DNA of 64,000 bases from the human T2T-CHM13v2.0 reference genome, Homo sapiens. This document shows positions 11,086 to 25,873 of the stretch, in pieces (position 1 is the stretch's first letter; the number at the start of each line of letters is the position of its first letter). The stretch lies in the NCBI RefSeq assembly GCF_009914755.1, contig NC_060937.1, one strand, 5' to 3'. A model generated the notes under the pieces. That model searched no databases, was not told the DNA's origin, and was given only the letters and a program-made list of their open reading frames with translations. Both the position numbers and the translations under genes were made by a program.

Positions 11086-11719
11086 AACATTACCCATTAG
11101 GGAGCTTATTCAAATTAATTGGCTAAAGGCCTATTCACATTTTTTTCTAAATGCAGGGATAACCAAGTATTTAACACTTGATAACTTTACCACTGCCCAT
11201 TAGAATTCGTAAGCAAATAGGAATCACAGCTTAGGATCAGTATCCTAAGATGACCCAACTCAGGACTGTTTTCTAATAATGATAAGGAGATAATTTATGT
11301 GAGAGTAAGATTTTTTTTCAAAGAACCTCAAACATTTGGTCTAAAACATTGTAGTTCCCCTGCCAACTTCTTAGTGATGGATGTATCTTATACTTTTAAA
11401 AAATGTATATATACTCTTAGCTGAAACATTTCTTAGATTAATATATTCCAAAAGAATAAATTGAAACTGTAAGTACTGGTTTTTGTGTTTGGGGATTTGG
11501 CTAACTAGTTCACATCGACCCTATCCATGTCAGTCTCTTTCTGGTCTCTTATAGCTGTGTCCACTTGCATTTCCCATTTCTAAAGCCTAATCTGTTATTC
11601 CGTCCTTAAACAGTGTTTTATAAATCTCCTCATCTAATTAAACATCATCTCTGAACTCTTATAGCTCTGTCATGTTTTTCTTAAGATCCAATAACTGGAA
11701 TTTTATAGAGTTTTCAATT

Positions 11720-11950
11720 CCCATTCAATTCCCTAACAAATACTTATCCAATGCCAACCTTGTGTCAAGCACATTGTAGGAACACAGCAATTAACAAAAA
11801 ACAGACAACAAACAAGGTCTCTGGTCTCATAAAATTGACCATCTGGTTGGGGAAGAGATGAATTAGATAATAATATAAATATTTAATTTCAAACCTTGGT
11901 AAGAGCTATGAAGGAAAAACACAGACAGCTATGAGATGGTGTAACAGGTG
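11720..11950 (-). mobile_element. L2 3' fragment
   Basis: It contains cattcaattccctaacaaatacttatccaatgccaaccttgtgtcaagcac. Confidence 0.65.
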
Positions 11951-12449
11951 GATTTTATAGTTACTGCCCATTTATTCAACAGGTTGAACTCAGTAAAATG
12001 CAAGTAGAGAACAGCTTTGTTCTTTCTCTGCCCTATCCTTTTAAACCTGTGTTACTGAATTGTTCTTCTTTGACCATCAGTAAAATTTTGGGCAGACCCC
12101 AGACCTTTTTGAATCACTTTCAGATATTAAGTACTTAGAGTAGTCTAGTATCACAGTCTTAATTTCTCCTTCATTTTAAGGCTTTTTCCCTTTTGTAGTT
12201 GACTTAACCTCAGAAGCCTGTACCAGGGAAGTGGGCATGGGAATTTCCTTCTTGTTTCCTGTTCCACCTCCTCTCCCTTGGCTAGAAGACATTCTTATGC
12301 TCTCTGGGTTTAGATCTTGTTGGGAGAAGGTAGACTTCCTTTTTCTGTTTTCCCTTTTATTGCTATTTCTGGTGACGTATACCACTTTGCGGGGCAGGGC
12401 TGTTGGAACAGGGCAAACAAATATCCCCAGGAGACAGTGGACAGGGCTA

Positions 12450-13350
<901 letters not shown>

Positions 13351-14779
13351 TCAATAATCCTAGTCTTTGCTATCAGTCTACCCATTTGCTAATATTGAGA
13401 AAACCCAACACTTAGGTACTCTAAAATCCTAGGGTTCCAACTATACCCTCTTCTATAAGCCAGTCATTGACAAACCACAATCCTGAGGCATTGGGATCAT
13501 TTGAGGTGAAGGTTGTAAGTTTTGGCCAATGGTTGCATAATTTCACTATTAACTTTGTTCAAAACTTTCTTGGAGTAGTACCTCCTGAGTCAGTGTGGTG
13601 AGTGGAGAGGTTTTTGGTGAACAAACCTGGGTTCAGATGCTGGCTCTACCACTTGGACATATTGTATACTGTAGGCACTCAATAATGGTAGCTGTTACTA
13701 TTATTATTATTTTCTATACTAAGTTCATAACATAGCTCTAGAATATTCTGGATAATAATAATTGGAATTAGGAATATCAACTTTTCTGATTCAAATGTTA
13801 ACCTGGGAGTGGACATTATTATGTTAACTTCACCCTTAGCAACTAATTAGCCTATTAGTTGCATTAACATTAATGCTTATTTAATGTTCCCAGGTTAATA
13901 AGCCTGGACTTGCTCTTAGGCTTACAAAAGTAAATAATAATAGTAACATCATCTGTAGGGAGACACCACTGTTAGAACTAAATCCTGAAAGCGAGGCTGC
14001 CGATCTGGGATCTCTATGCATGAATATGGAATTCTTCTTGTCCAGATATTTGTCTACAATAACATCTGGAAGAATTGAAGCTTTATGAACACAATATGAA
14101 AGATAATCATGAATCTACTCCATAAAATGTATATTTTATGTATTCTAGCATATGATTAATTTAAGAATAATTTATAAAATGAAACAATATGACAGTGTTC
14201 TCATAATTTCCGATTTTCCATCCCTGCTGGTTGGAATCTATGCACATTTAAGAGACTTTCTCTTTGGTTTTGCTGGATTTCTCTTCTTCAGTCATCCATG
14301 TTCTAGTAACCCTTTTCTGGCTAATGTGTTACACGTTTTTCAAGGCTGATGTAGTCACATAATAAATTTTTCAATAGAATTCTCAAATAAGATTTTTTTT
14401 CAATGTTATCTGTAAGGGAGTTTTGCATCTTCCAACATGCTCTGCAAATGGCTCCCACTAGTCGCTTATCAGTCAGCCTAGGAATGTCACAGCCTTGCTG
14501 TCTACCCTGAGCAGCACTGTGTAATCAGCCTTCTGTCCCTATGTGTCTGTCTAAACTGTGAAGAAGTGATGAGGCTCTTACCTACTTTCCAGCATGAAAA
14601 ATATTTTTATGACTGATGCTCCAAACTGAAAATAGATTCCCCTTTGTGCAGAAACATGGATGTTGCTATGCTTTCAGGTTAATTCCATTAAGGTTCCGGC
14701 CAGGCTGGTCAGTTCATCTTATACCCGCTCTAACGTGACTCGCCTTTTAAGGTTCAGTGTGTCCCAGAAAATATCTCCT

Positions 14780-15035
14780 GAGATGCTTATTGAAAAATAA
14801 TTCCAAGGTAAGGCACATTGGGCAGTACTGCATTGCATACCATTCCCTTGGAAATCCTTATTGCACATTAGGGACTTACAGGCTCTGGTATGCTCTCCAG
14901 TAAAGGCACTTGGCTTAACCTAAGCTTTCCCCAGCTTAATTTGAGCTGGCAATTGAATTCATTTATTTTATTTTTGCAAAATACCTATTAACCTTTTTGG
15001 AGACTTATCTCCTTTGGGACACATTGGGAATGCTG
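14780..15035. mobile_element. MER103C-like hAT-Charlie MITE
   Basis: It reads gcacattagggacttacaggctctggtatgctctccagtaaagg...cacattgggaatgctg. Confidence 0.6.
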
Positions 15036-16950
15036 GTGTAGGATTTTAAGGTAAAATGCACTGTCATAAAAACACTCACCTAAACATCACAACATTCCTG
15101 AGATGTATTCACGGACAAGAATTTAATTTTACAGAAGAAATTGATTCTTCCAGTAGTTACGTAATAAACAGTCAGCTTTCATGCTGGCAGCATCCGGTTA
15201 ACTACTCTGCAGGCTGAAAGAAATGCTGATGTGGCATCATGTTTGTAAGAAATATGAATTGGTTTGTTGAAAAAGAAAATATCCCATCTGCTGAGACTCT
15301 GTGTGTGTGTGTTAGTGTGTGTGTATGCACTTATTTCTGAGCGCATAAGCTTGAGTTGATCCCAACTAAGATTCTGAAAAGATGAGGATTGTTGAACTCA
15401 ATGCATGGTCTGGCAGCATGGCCAAGTCCAGTCCCCCAGACCTGTGCTTTCAGAGCCTCCAACATCACAGAAGTCATTATGTTTTGTGGCCTAAGAAATA
15501 GGAGGTTACTGGTTTGAGCACAAGCCCAGAAACACAGACCCTCTTGGTACTAATCCAGTACTCACAGTACTTAAGAAAATTTAAAGATAGAACTTCTCTC
15601 AGTAATTTGGACACCAATCAGAGAAAACAAGCCATTGGTTTCTTTCTATTTTATTTTCCTTTGATGCATGAGAACGATGGTGCCATGTTGAATCTTACGT
15701 CTCTTCCATAGGCAACCCCAGTTGTCAGATGCAACCAGACATCCATGGCAGAATTTCCCTTTGTTAAAAGTAACCCACCAAAGGGATGTGTGGTTTGAAA
15801 AGTTTTTCCATGTGAGTCAGCTACCCAAGTGCCTGACTTCCCATTGCAGCTTATTAATAGGCAAAAGTCTTAAGTTGGAAATTTCCTCCATACAGTCTTT
15901 CCAGAGCTTCTGCTGACGGAGCTTCAGCAATTCAACTGTTTTTTATGACTTTAAATGATCTTTTAGCACAGCTTCGTTGCTTTCATAGCTAAAAGCTCTT
16001 TAGAATGAGGCTATTTTACCCAAATCTAAGTCTGATGAATATGCTTACATGCTTACTATATAGGAATTTTAGCAGGTAGAGTTCATGTTTTCATTATTTC
16101 TAAACTTATTTGAATAATTCATGGAAATGGAGGACTGAAAACTTCTGGGACACTTATTTTTCTTTATTAGATGATATGTACATTTATAGATCTGGAGAAC
16201 TGAGTTTAGAATCCAACTGGATCTCATAAAACATCAAGTTAAATCCTGATTTAGTTTGACACTTGTGTCCAGTTATCTAAGATGAAGAAATGAAGTGTAT
16301 TGTTAGGGTAACCTAGGATATTCTGACATCAAAGAGCTTGGCAGATAAAAAGACCTGACAGATATTTTTGAAAGCAGAGAGATTTTGTTTTGATTATGAC
16401 ACTAACAAAGCCTGTATGTTAATGCTGAAGTGGACCTGAGACTCGTAGACAAATAGCTCCTGAGCCCAGCGCCCCGGCCACTCACTCATTTATTTAACAA
16501 ATCCCTCCCTTCTTTTCCTTTACAACTGACCTCTTGAATAATTAGATATAAAATGTTATTTATATCTAAGTATAATTAGACGTAATATGTGCTACAAAGG
16601 TCTGGTGCTGTGTGGAGAGTCTTATCAAGGACACTGGCTTGTCAAAAGTCACATAGCTGTTAGATGGCAGAGCTAAAATAAAATAAGCTAAAATTAATTC
16701 TCTTGTTTAGAATGTTTCCCACTCTGCCACCCTGCCTTCCTATGCTGATGAAACCCAGAAAGTGAGGGGGTAAAGATGGGGGTGAGGAAAGGTGTATATA
16801 GCAGAAAGGAGATGACTGTGTGGCTTGCAAAATAGGTGGAGAATAAAGAATTGGAGGAGCTACCCACAATATCTAGATTAAAAACACAAACACATTAGGA
16901 TGATTGGAGGATGCTAAGTTGCTTACATTAAGCGGACATTCAAATTAAAT

Positions 16951-18108
16951 AAGTCTCCCCTTATCTGAGGGAGGATACATTCCAAGACCCCAGTGGATGC
17001 CTGAAACAGTGAATAGTACCAAACTCTCTATATACTGATTTTTTCTATGGTAAAGTTTAATTCATAAATTTATAAATTAGGCACAGTAAGAGATTAACAA
17101 TAGTAACTAATACAGTGATGCATTGTTAATGATGGGGATATGTTCAGAGAAACCTGTCATTAGGTGACTTCATCATTTTGCGAACATTGTAGAGTATGCT
17201 TACACAGATCTCAATGGTATAGCCTGCTACACATCTAGGCTATATGTGTAGCCTATTACTCATAGGCTACGAACCTGTACAGCATGTTACTGCACCGAAT
17301 ACTGTAGACAATTGTAACATAATGGTAAGTATTTGTGTAACTCAACGTAGAAAAGGTACAGCAAAAATAGCATATAAAAGATTAAAAATGGTACACTTGT
17401 ATAGGGCACTTACCATGAATGGAACTTGCAGGACTGGAAGTTGCTCTGGGTGAGTCAGTGAGTGAATGGTGAGTGAATGTAAAGGCCTAGGACATTACTG
17501 TACATGACTGTAGACTCTATAAATACTGTACACTTCGGCTACACTCAACTTATTTTTTAAATTTCTTCAATAATAAATTAACCTTTACCTTACTCTAACT
17601 TTCACTTTACAAACTTTAAATTTTTTTTAACATTTTGACCCTTGTAATAAATGCTTAAAACACAAACACATTTTATGGCTGTACAAAAATAATTTATTTC
17701 TTCATATCCTTATCCTATAAACTGTTTTGTTTTTAATTTTTTTTATTTTAAACTTTTTTGTTAAAAACTAAGGCACTAACACACACATTAGCCTAGACTT
17801 ACACAGGGTATGGATCATCAAAGCATCACTAGGTGGTAGAAGTTTTTCAGCTCCATTATAATCTTATGGGACCGCCATGATAAATGTGGTCCATGACTTT
17901 ATATTATTACAGTCTTGTAATGATTATCATGACAGACTGTATTATTACAGACTGTAATAATATAAAGCAATTACAGCAATATACTATAATAAAAGTTATG
18001 TAAATGTAATCTCTTTCAAAATATTTTATTGTACTGTATTTTCAGACTATGATTAACTATAAGAAACCAAAGCCAAAGAAAGCAAAACCCTGAAAAATGG
18101 GTAACTGG
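16951..18108. mobile_element. MER44A (Tigger-family MITE) interrupted by Tigger3b
   Basis: The left part reads ccccttatctgagggaggatacattccaagaccccagtggatgcctgaaac...ggcacagtaagagattaacaa. It resumes at ~17956 with aataaaagttatgtaaatgtaatctct. Confidence 0.85.
17113..17955. mobile_element. Tigger3b (Golem) DNA transposon with a rearranged right end
   Basis: It begins TA|CAGTGATGCATTGTTAATGATGGGGATATGTTCAGAGAAA. It contains aaatggtacacttgtatagggcacttaccatgaatgg and ccattataatcttatgggacc. Confidence 0.88.
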
Positions 18109-18114
18109 TGCATA

Positions 18115-18449
18115 ATGATCCATATTTCCTTATCCACAAAACTATTATATATAATCAAAGAGCCCTGAAAGTAAAAAAATTTTTGTTGATTTGCCTAAAA
18201 ATCATTATCATTTATCAGTTTGATAACACCTGACCTGAACTGACACTAGAAAAGCTAATTATAGTCATATTTTTTGTATGAATATTCTTATTTTTGCCGT
18301 AGTGATATTAACATGCTTGATTTGGGGATGCTGGCCCAGACTCTCAAAGGATGTTCCGTAAGCACCCTATTATTTTTCTAAAATTTGAAAAATTCTAACT
18401 TTGAAATATATCTCGTCCCAAGGGTTTTGAATAAAGGATTATAGGCATG
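18115..18449. mobile_element. MER46C-like Tigger MITE
   Basis: It reads ccttatccac...acctgacctgaactgac...cccaagggttttgaataaaggattataggcatg. Confidence 0.7.
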
Positions 18450-18813
18450 TCTTTTGTAAATTAATTGTTTTCACATAAAAAATTATATGTACTCATTATG
18501 ACTAGTCAAGCAATATAGAAAAATTAAAGGAGGAAAGTAAAAAATTATTCCAAATCCTGCCACCCAGAAATAATCATTTCCTACATCTGGTGAACATTAT
18601 CTGTGTTATTTTTCTATGCATTTATACAGAGATCAAGATAATTAGGTATAATTTTCTAAAATAAGATCCTATCACATAGTAGAAGAAAACATTTCTTCAC
18701 CATGAGTGCTATGAGTTTCTAAAATATTTCTCCAAGTTTAAAGGAAGATAATGAAAAATAACATGAGTTTCGAATCATGATGTGAATGTGTATTTGGTTA
18801 TGTGTTTCAATGT

Positions 18814-19829
18814 TGTAGGGAAAAGAAAGAGAGATCAGACTGTTACTGTGTCTATGTAGAAAGGGAAGACATAGGAGACTCCATTTTGAAAAAGACCTGT
18901 ACTTTAAATAATTGCTTTGCTGAGATGTTGTTAATTTGTAGCTTTGCCCCAGCCACTTTGACCCAACCTGGAGCTCACAAAAACATGTGTTGTATGAAAT
19001 CAAGGTTTAAGGGATCTAGGGCTGTGCAGGATATGCCTTGTTAACAAAATGTTTACAAGCAGTATACTTGGTAAAAGTCATCGCCATTCTCTAGTCTCAA
19101 TAAACCAGGGGCACAATGCACTGCGGAAAGCTGCAGGGACCTCTGCCCTTGAAAGTGGGGTACTGTCCAAGGTTTCTCCCCATGTGATAGTCTGAAATAT
19201 GGCCTCGTGGGATGAGAAAGACCTGACTGTCCCCCAGCCCGACACCCGTAAAGGGTCTGTGCTGAGGTAGATTAGTAAAAGAGGAAAGCCTCTTGCAGTT
19301 GAGATAGAGGAAGGCCACTGTCTCCTGCCTGCCCCTGGGAACTGAATGTCTCGGTATAAAACCCAATTGTACATTTGTTCAATTCTGAGATCAGAGAAAA
19401 ACTGCCCTATGGTGGGAGGTGAGACATGTTTGCAGCAATGCTGCCTTGTTATTCTTTACTCCACTGAGATGTTTGGGCGGAGAGAAACATAAATTTGGCT
19501 TACATGTACGTCCAGTCATAGTACCTTCCCTTGAACTTAATTATGACGTAGATTCTATTGCTCACATATTTGTTGCTGACCTTCTCCTTATTATCACCCT
19601 GCCCTCCTACTACATTCCTTTTTGCTGAAATAATGAAGATAATAATCAATAAAAACTGAGGGAACTCAGAGACCAGTGCTGGTGCAGGTCCTTGGTTTGC
19701 TGAGCGCCGGTACCCTGGGCCCACTGTTGTTTCTCTATACTTTGTCTCTGTGTCTTATTTCCTTTCTCAGTGTCTCGTCCCACCCAACTAGAAATACTCA
19801 CAGGTGTGGAGGGGCAGGCCACCCCTTCA
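18814..19829 (+). mobile_element. HERV-K(HML-2) solo LTR, LTR5A type, full length, TSD AATGT
   Basis: It starts TGTAGGGAAAAGAAAGAGAGATCAGACTG and ends GGGGCAGGCCACCCCTTCA. TATAAAA is at 19355 and AATAAA at 19648. AATGT is at 18809-18813 and 19830-19834. Confidence 0.96.
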
Positions 19830-20449
19830 AATGTTAGGCCATATCAATTGACTTCACACTATTAATATGAGAAAATTAAACCCCTTATTCTTATCCTGCC
19901 TCCCCTTCTCTTAACTCTCCAGTTTTTACGTATATATTATGTTTTGTCCTCATAATTCCATCCATTTTATAGAATTTAATAAATAGATTATATGTTGACT
20001 GTCAGGTCTTTTACCATAGCTTCTTTATTTCTGATTTTTTTTTCGATTCTGATTCACTTGTGGTTGAAAAGATACTGTCCTCAAGTCTTGAGTATTTTTC
20101 AAGTGAGGCTCATGGAGCATGCCTTCTCTCATGTTTGAGAATGTCTGGGTGATAGTACTTGTATTCCTGACCCAAAGGACAACTTAGCTATGGACAAAAT
20201 TTCTTGGGTTTGTTACAAAGTTTTGTGCACTCTGGACATTAAATATAATTATGAACAAGTTTAAGAGAACATTATTTTCTAAAATTTTGTAAATACTTTG
20301 AGTTTTCCACAGAAATTTTCCATGGGATATATTCTTTATCCTTGAAATGCACTAACTTTTCAAATATTCAGGACTATTTTAAGAACATTTTGTAATAATG
20401 TACTAAATCCATGTACACTTTATTCTATTATTATTTTTGGATATGTCAC

Positions 20450-20803
20450 TGTATTTGTCCATTTTCATGCTGCTGATAAAAACATACCTGAAACTGGGGA
20501 GAAAAAGAGGTTTAATTGGACTTACAGTTCCACAGGACTGGGGAGGCCTCAGAATAATGGCGGGATGTGAAAGGCACTTCTTACATGGCGGCAGCAAGAG
20601 AAAATGAGGGAGAAGCAAAAGCGGAAACCCCTGATAAACCCATCAGATCTCATGAGACTTATTCGCTATCACAAAAATAGCATGAGAAAGAACGGCCCCC
20701 ATGATCCAGTTACCTCCCCCTGGGTCTGTCCCACAACATGTGGGAATTCTGGGAGATGCAATTCAAGTTGAGATTTGGGTGGGGACACAGCCAAACCATA
20801 TCA
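20450..20803 (-). mobile_element. THE1A solo LTR, TSD GTCAC
   Basis: The THE1A-type body includes gcggaaacccctgataaacccatcag and gggaattctgggagat. GTCAC is at 20445-20449 and 20804-20808. Confidence 0.92.
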
Positions 20804-20969
20804 GTCACTTAGACAATGATGAAACTGCTTGGTCTTTAATATTTATAATCTTATTTTGAATCATTTTTCCTATTTTTATATTATTTTATATGATTTTCTC
20901 TTGTTTTCCAATGTACTGCTGTTTTCAGCAATAATAATAAATACTTACTTATAATTTAAATGTATATAT

Positions 20970-21130
20970 GTGTCTTACTTATCTTTTTATTACCTATCTG
21001 CGTTACTGAAATGTAAATTCCCAAGGGACTAATTATTGTCTGTTTGTTCTCTGTTGTATTGCTGGTGCCTAAAAGAGCATCTGACACATTGCAGGTGCTC
21101 AATGGATATGTCTGAAATGAATGAATGATG
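20970..21130 (+). mobile_element. L2 3' end
   Basis: It ends ...gcaggtgctcaatggatatgtctgaaatgaatgaatga. Confidence 0.75.
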
Positions 21131-23085
21131 GTGCTATGTACATAAATGTCATCAACCATCAGTATGGCAACAGAGAGTGGTTGGAAAGCATTCTTACATC
21201 ACACATCATGAAGGGAGAAATAGAAATAGATTTATTTTCAAGGCCTCTTTGAAACTGCCAAGCGGCTGCCATGTTTGCTCATGGATATCCTCCACCCCTC
21301 TCTTGAGATGAATCTTCCCTACAGGGCTCAGTGGGAATATGGATATGGATCAAGGGGTGAGTCCCTTTTTGCCCACAATAGTAAAGGACCTTTTCCTCGA
21401 AAAGAAGGGGAGTGAGTATGACAGAGACTTTTTTCTTTTCTCCATGACAGGCAATTACGTTTTCAGAAGGGATTCCCATGCACGAAAACTAGGAGCTGTC
21501 TTCCCAAAGGAAGTGTAGTCACTCCCAGAATCCAGTCAATCATCTTCAGGTATTGAGAGGACCTGTGATAGCAGTACACAGTTTGGCGTGCCTGGATGAG
21601 TAAGGGAAAGAAGCTGTTTGTTAGTGGTTACGTGTAATCTACTTTGGGATATCTCAAGGGCAGGATGAAGGAGAAGAAAACAAGATCAATTAGATAAAAA
21701 GAGGGTGAATTAGCCTTTTAATCAAGTACCTAAGCCATGAAGCACACAGTTTTTCTAAGAGACACCATTATCCTTAATGGAGTTCTTTAGAACATCTTCA
21801 ATTTTTCTAATGAAGACAGAAAGCCCCATCTTTAGTAAAGTGCTTCTCTTTGCTCATTTGACCACAGCATTATCTATTTCATTTATTCCCCTAGGGAGCT
21901 GATACTCTCCCATTTTTGTTCCTCATAGAATTATAAAGAAACAGAATCTGTCCAAGTTATTTAATCAAATTATTCTTGATGAGGCCATATGAGTGCTTCA
22001 ATATCCACACTTAGTATGCACCCTTCTAATGATGTTCACTTATCTAAAATTACCCCTTAATTGATAAGATATATGAGCAAAAATGCTATTAGGCAAAATG
22101 TTGAAAGAACTCAAACCATTTAGAATGTTTTCATGCCAACCCTTGAATTTACTTAATCTTCAATGAGCAGTCTAAAAAGGTAGGATTTAATCTTCACTGT
22201 AACTACCAAGAAACAGCAAAGGGAAATAGGTTGAAGACGAGGTGGCAGACAAGGAGGGGGGAAATGTTTTTGTCTTTTGTGTCTTCACTGCACAAAACTG
22301 TATGATTTTTATTTGGTTCCTGCATTTCTCCATTTGAGAGAAGCATTGCAATACATTTGGAAATAGTGGTGCTATATATTTCATACAAGTTGGCTAAAAT
22401 GGTGTTGAAGTCACTGACTAGTAAGAATCACAACTTATTTAAAGCCAGGTTTACAAGGTATAATTTAAATACAGTACCTATTGTGCTCAGTTTTATGAGT
22501 TTTGACAGATGCAAATGTTATGTTACCACCACCATTCCAGTAATGATATAACATATCCATCACCTTCCAAAATTCTCTGTTGTCTCTTTGAAGTCAAACT
22601 TTTCCTCCCACTTTCAGGCCCTGGCAACCATTGATCTGTTTCTTCTCTCTGTAGTATCACCTTTTCCAGAATGTCATACAAATGAAACCATATGCTAGGT
22701 AGACTTTTAAGTCTGGCTTCTTTCATTTACCATAATACATTTAAAATTCCCCGTGTTGTTGCATGTATCAGTAGTTGATCTTTTTATTACTGAAGAGAAT
22801 TTTATTTAATGTGTATACCAAAGTTGTCCATTCAGCAATTGATGGACATTTGGTTAGTCAGTTTTTTCATATAGATTTTTCTGTATACATACGTTTTCAT
22901 TCCTCTTACCTTGAAGTGGAATTTCTGCATTGTATGTCATGCACATGTTTAACTTTGTAAGAAACTGCCAAACTGTTTTTCAAAGTGGGTGTACTATTAT
23001 CCATTCCCACCAGCAACGTGTAAGTGTCCCAGTTACTTTGCATCCTCACTAGTACTTAGTATTGTCATTAAAGAAAAAAAAATTA

Positions 23086-23692
<607 letters not shown>

Positions 23693-23916
23693 CTATCTAC
23701 TAGGTGTGTAGTTATATCTTATTATGGTTTTCATTTGCATTTTCTTATTGATGAATTATATTGATCATCTTTTTATGTGATTATGTACAATCTATGTGTC
23801 TTATTTTGTGAGGTGATTATTTAAATCTTTTGCCTAGTTTTTATTAGATTTTTTTCTTATTATTGAATGACAAAAGTTCTTTATATATTCCAGATACCAG
23901 TTTTTCTGGTAACTTT

Positions 23917-24325
23917 GCAGAGATTAATGGTTCCTCCACCCAAAATCTGGTTCAGATGTTGAGACTGATGTTGTCACACATGCACTAAGAGGGTAGGAAA
24001 AGGTTTTTACTCACATAATGAGGCTTTCTGGGGACAGCAGGGCAGGCTCCCAAGCAGCTCCAAAAATAGCTTAAGAGAGCAAAGAAAGGAGCCTGGCCTG
24101 GGGTTCATGGTGTTAGCGAAAGAGCTGAGGTGAGGGTTCCCACACACAGGGATGAGAGCTTGCAGGTTTGACATTCCTGCCAGTGCCAAAAAGGAAGCGC
24201 AGGGGCCCTCTCATCAGCTTCCACAGAGTGACAGAGAGGAGGGGAGGGCAGTGGAGCTCGGAGCTGTCAGCAGCAGACACCAAAAATGGAGTCAGGCCCT
24301 TTATTATACCAGACTTTCCTCAACA
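23917..24325 (-). mobile_element. ERVL LTR (MER74/MER73-group)
   Basis: It contains aatctggttcagatgttgagactgatgttgtcacacatgcactaagagggtaggaaaaggtttttactcac. Confidence 0.6.
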
Positions 24326-24360
24326 GGAGAGTTATATTAATCACATTTTTAAAAATGTAT

Positions 24361-24641
24361 ACATAGTTTCGCTTTTGTCACCCAGGTTGAAGTACAATGG
24401 TGTGATCTTGGCTCACTGCAAACTTCGCCTCCTGGGTTCAAGCGATTCTCCTGCCTCAGCCTCCCAAGTGCTGGGATTACAGGAGCCCGCCACCACGCCC
24501 AGCTAATTTTTGTGTTTTTAGTAGAGATAGGGTTTCACTGTGTTGGCCAGGCTGGTCTCGAACTCCTGACTTCAGGTGATATGCTCATCTCAGCCCTTCC
24601 CAATGTGCTGGGATTACTGGCATGAGCCACTGCACCTGGCC
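24361..24641 (-). mobile_element. AluS (Sq-like) lacking a poly(A) tail
   Basis: The Alu body is in antisense and ends tgcacctggcc. Confidence 0.92.
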
Positions 24642-25873
24642 CGATATTTTTAACATCAAAAGGAATACCCAGTAACATTTACTGTAGGTGGTTTATCAAG
24701 TATATAGATTATGTCTGTGCCTTAAATATACTTCAACATCTTTTAAAAAAGATTATCTACAAATAATATTATTTGGATCTTTTCTAAGAGAAATGTCCAT
24801 TCTAAATGGATTGGATTCAGGTCTTTTGAAAAAAGGGCTGTGAATATTAGCAATAAAACATGGGTAATTAAGAGAACTGTGAAATCTCCTTCCCTTGTGA
24901 GAACAAGGCTCAATCCAATTGACTAATGTAATCCCAACACCACTCATGCCCCGATGGGTGGCTTTGTCTATAGTTCTGCTTTTTGTTGAAGGTTTGGGGT
25001 CTGATTGGTTATATGGCAGACTATAAAGCAGTGGATCATATGGGAAAAGTCCCCTCAGGATGGTCATAATTCAATTGTAAAAGTATCACCCATACTCCCT
25101 TTAATTGACAAAAAATGAATTAAGCACCTACTATGTGCCAGGCATATGCTAGAATCTGGAGAATTAAAGTTAAGTAAGATAGAGTCGGGGTTGTCCAGCA
25201 ATTTGACATTTATTGAATGTGAGAAACATAAAAAAAAAATCAGAATCAAATCATCAGTGAAATGCCTTCAGATTTAATTTGAAAGGACTATAAATAAAAG
25301 AGTGGGCTGCCTGGACAATCATTCTTACAACTTCACTCCAAAATGAACAATTTTAATTGGGAAATGCAATGGAATATATTTGGACCTCTTTCTCAGAACT
25401 ATGCAAGCTGGCATGGCATTTGGGAACCTTGTTTGTAACAGACATCACTAACCAGTATAATGAAGCATATGCCATACGCTGATGAAATTCAACTTTTGAA
25501 ACAGATAAAATATGTTTTTCTATCTCACTAGGTTACTAAATTACAAAAGTAATATTTTTATCAAATGTTTTCTTATGTTTGTGCCTAAATTCCTTTTTTT
25601 CCCTGGGTGATGTGAAGGTAGCCATTTTAGGATCAATGCCATGTAGGGAATGTAGGAGAGAGGAAGAGAGGAAACTAGTGGCTTTATTATTTATTAGTTG
25701 GTAGTCACGGCTGGATCCAGACATGCAGGTACTCTGAAAGAATTAGTAGTTAGGAATATCAAGAATGCTAATAACATGTCATTCATCAAACTGATTCTCT
25801 TTAAAAAATACGATGTTTAGGGTGGAGAAGCAGCAGAGTAGGACTGCTGGCATTGGCAGGATCGGCATCTTCT

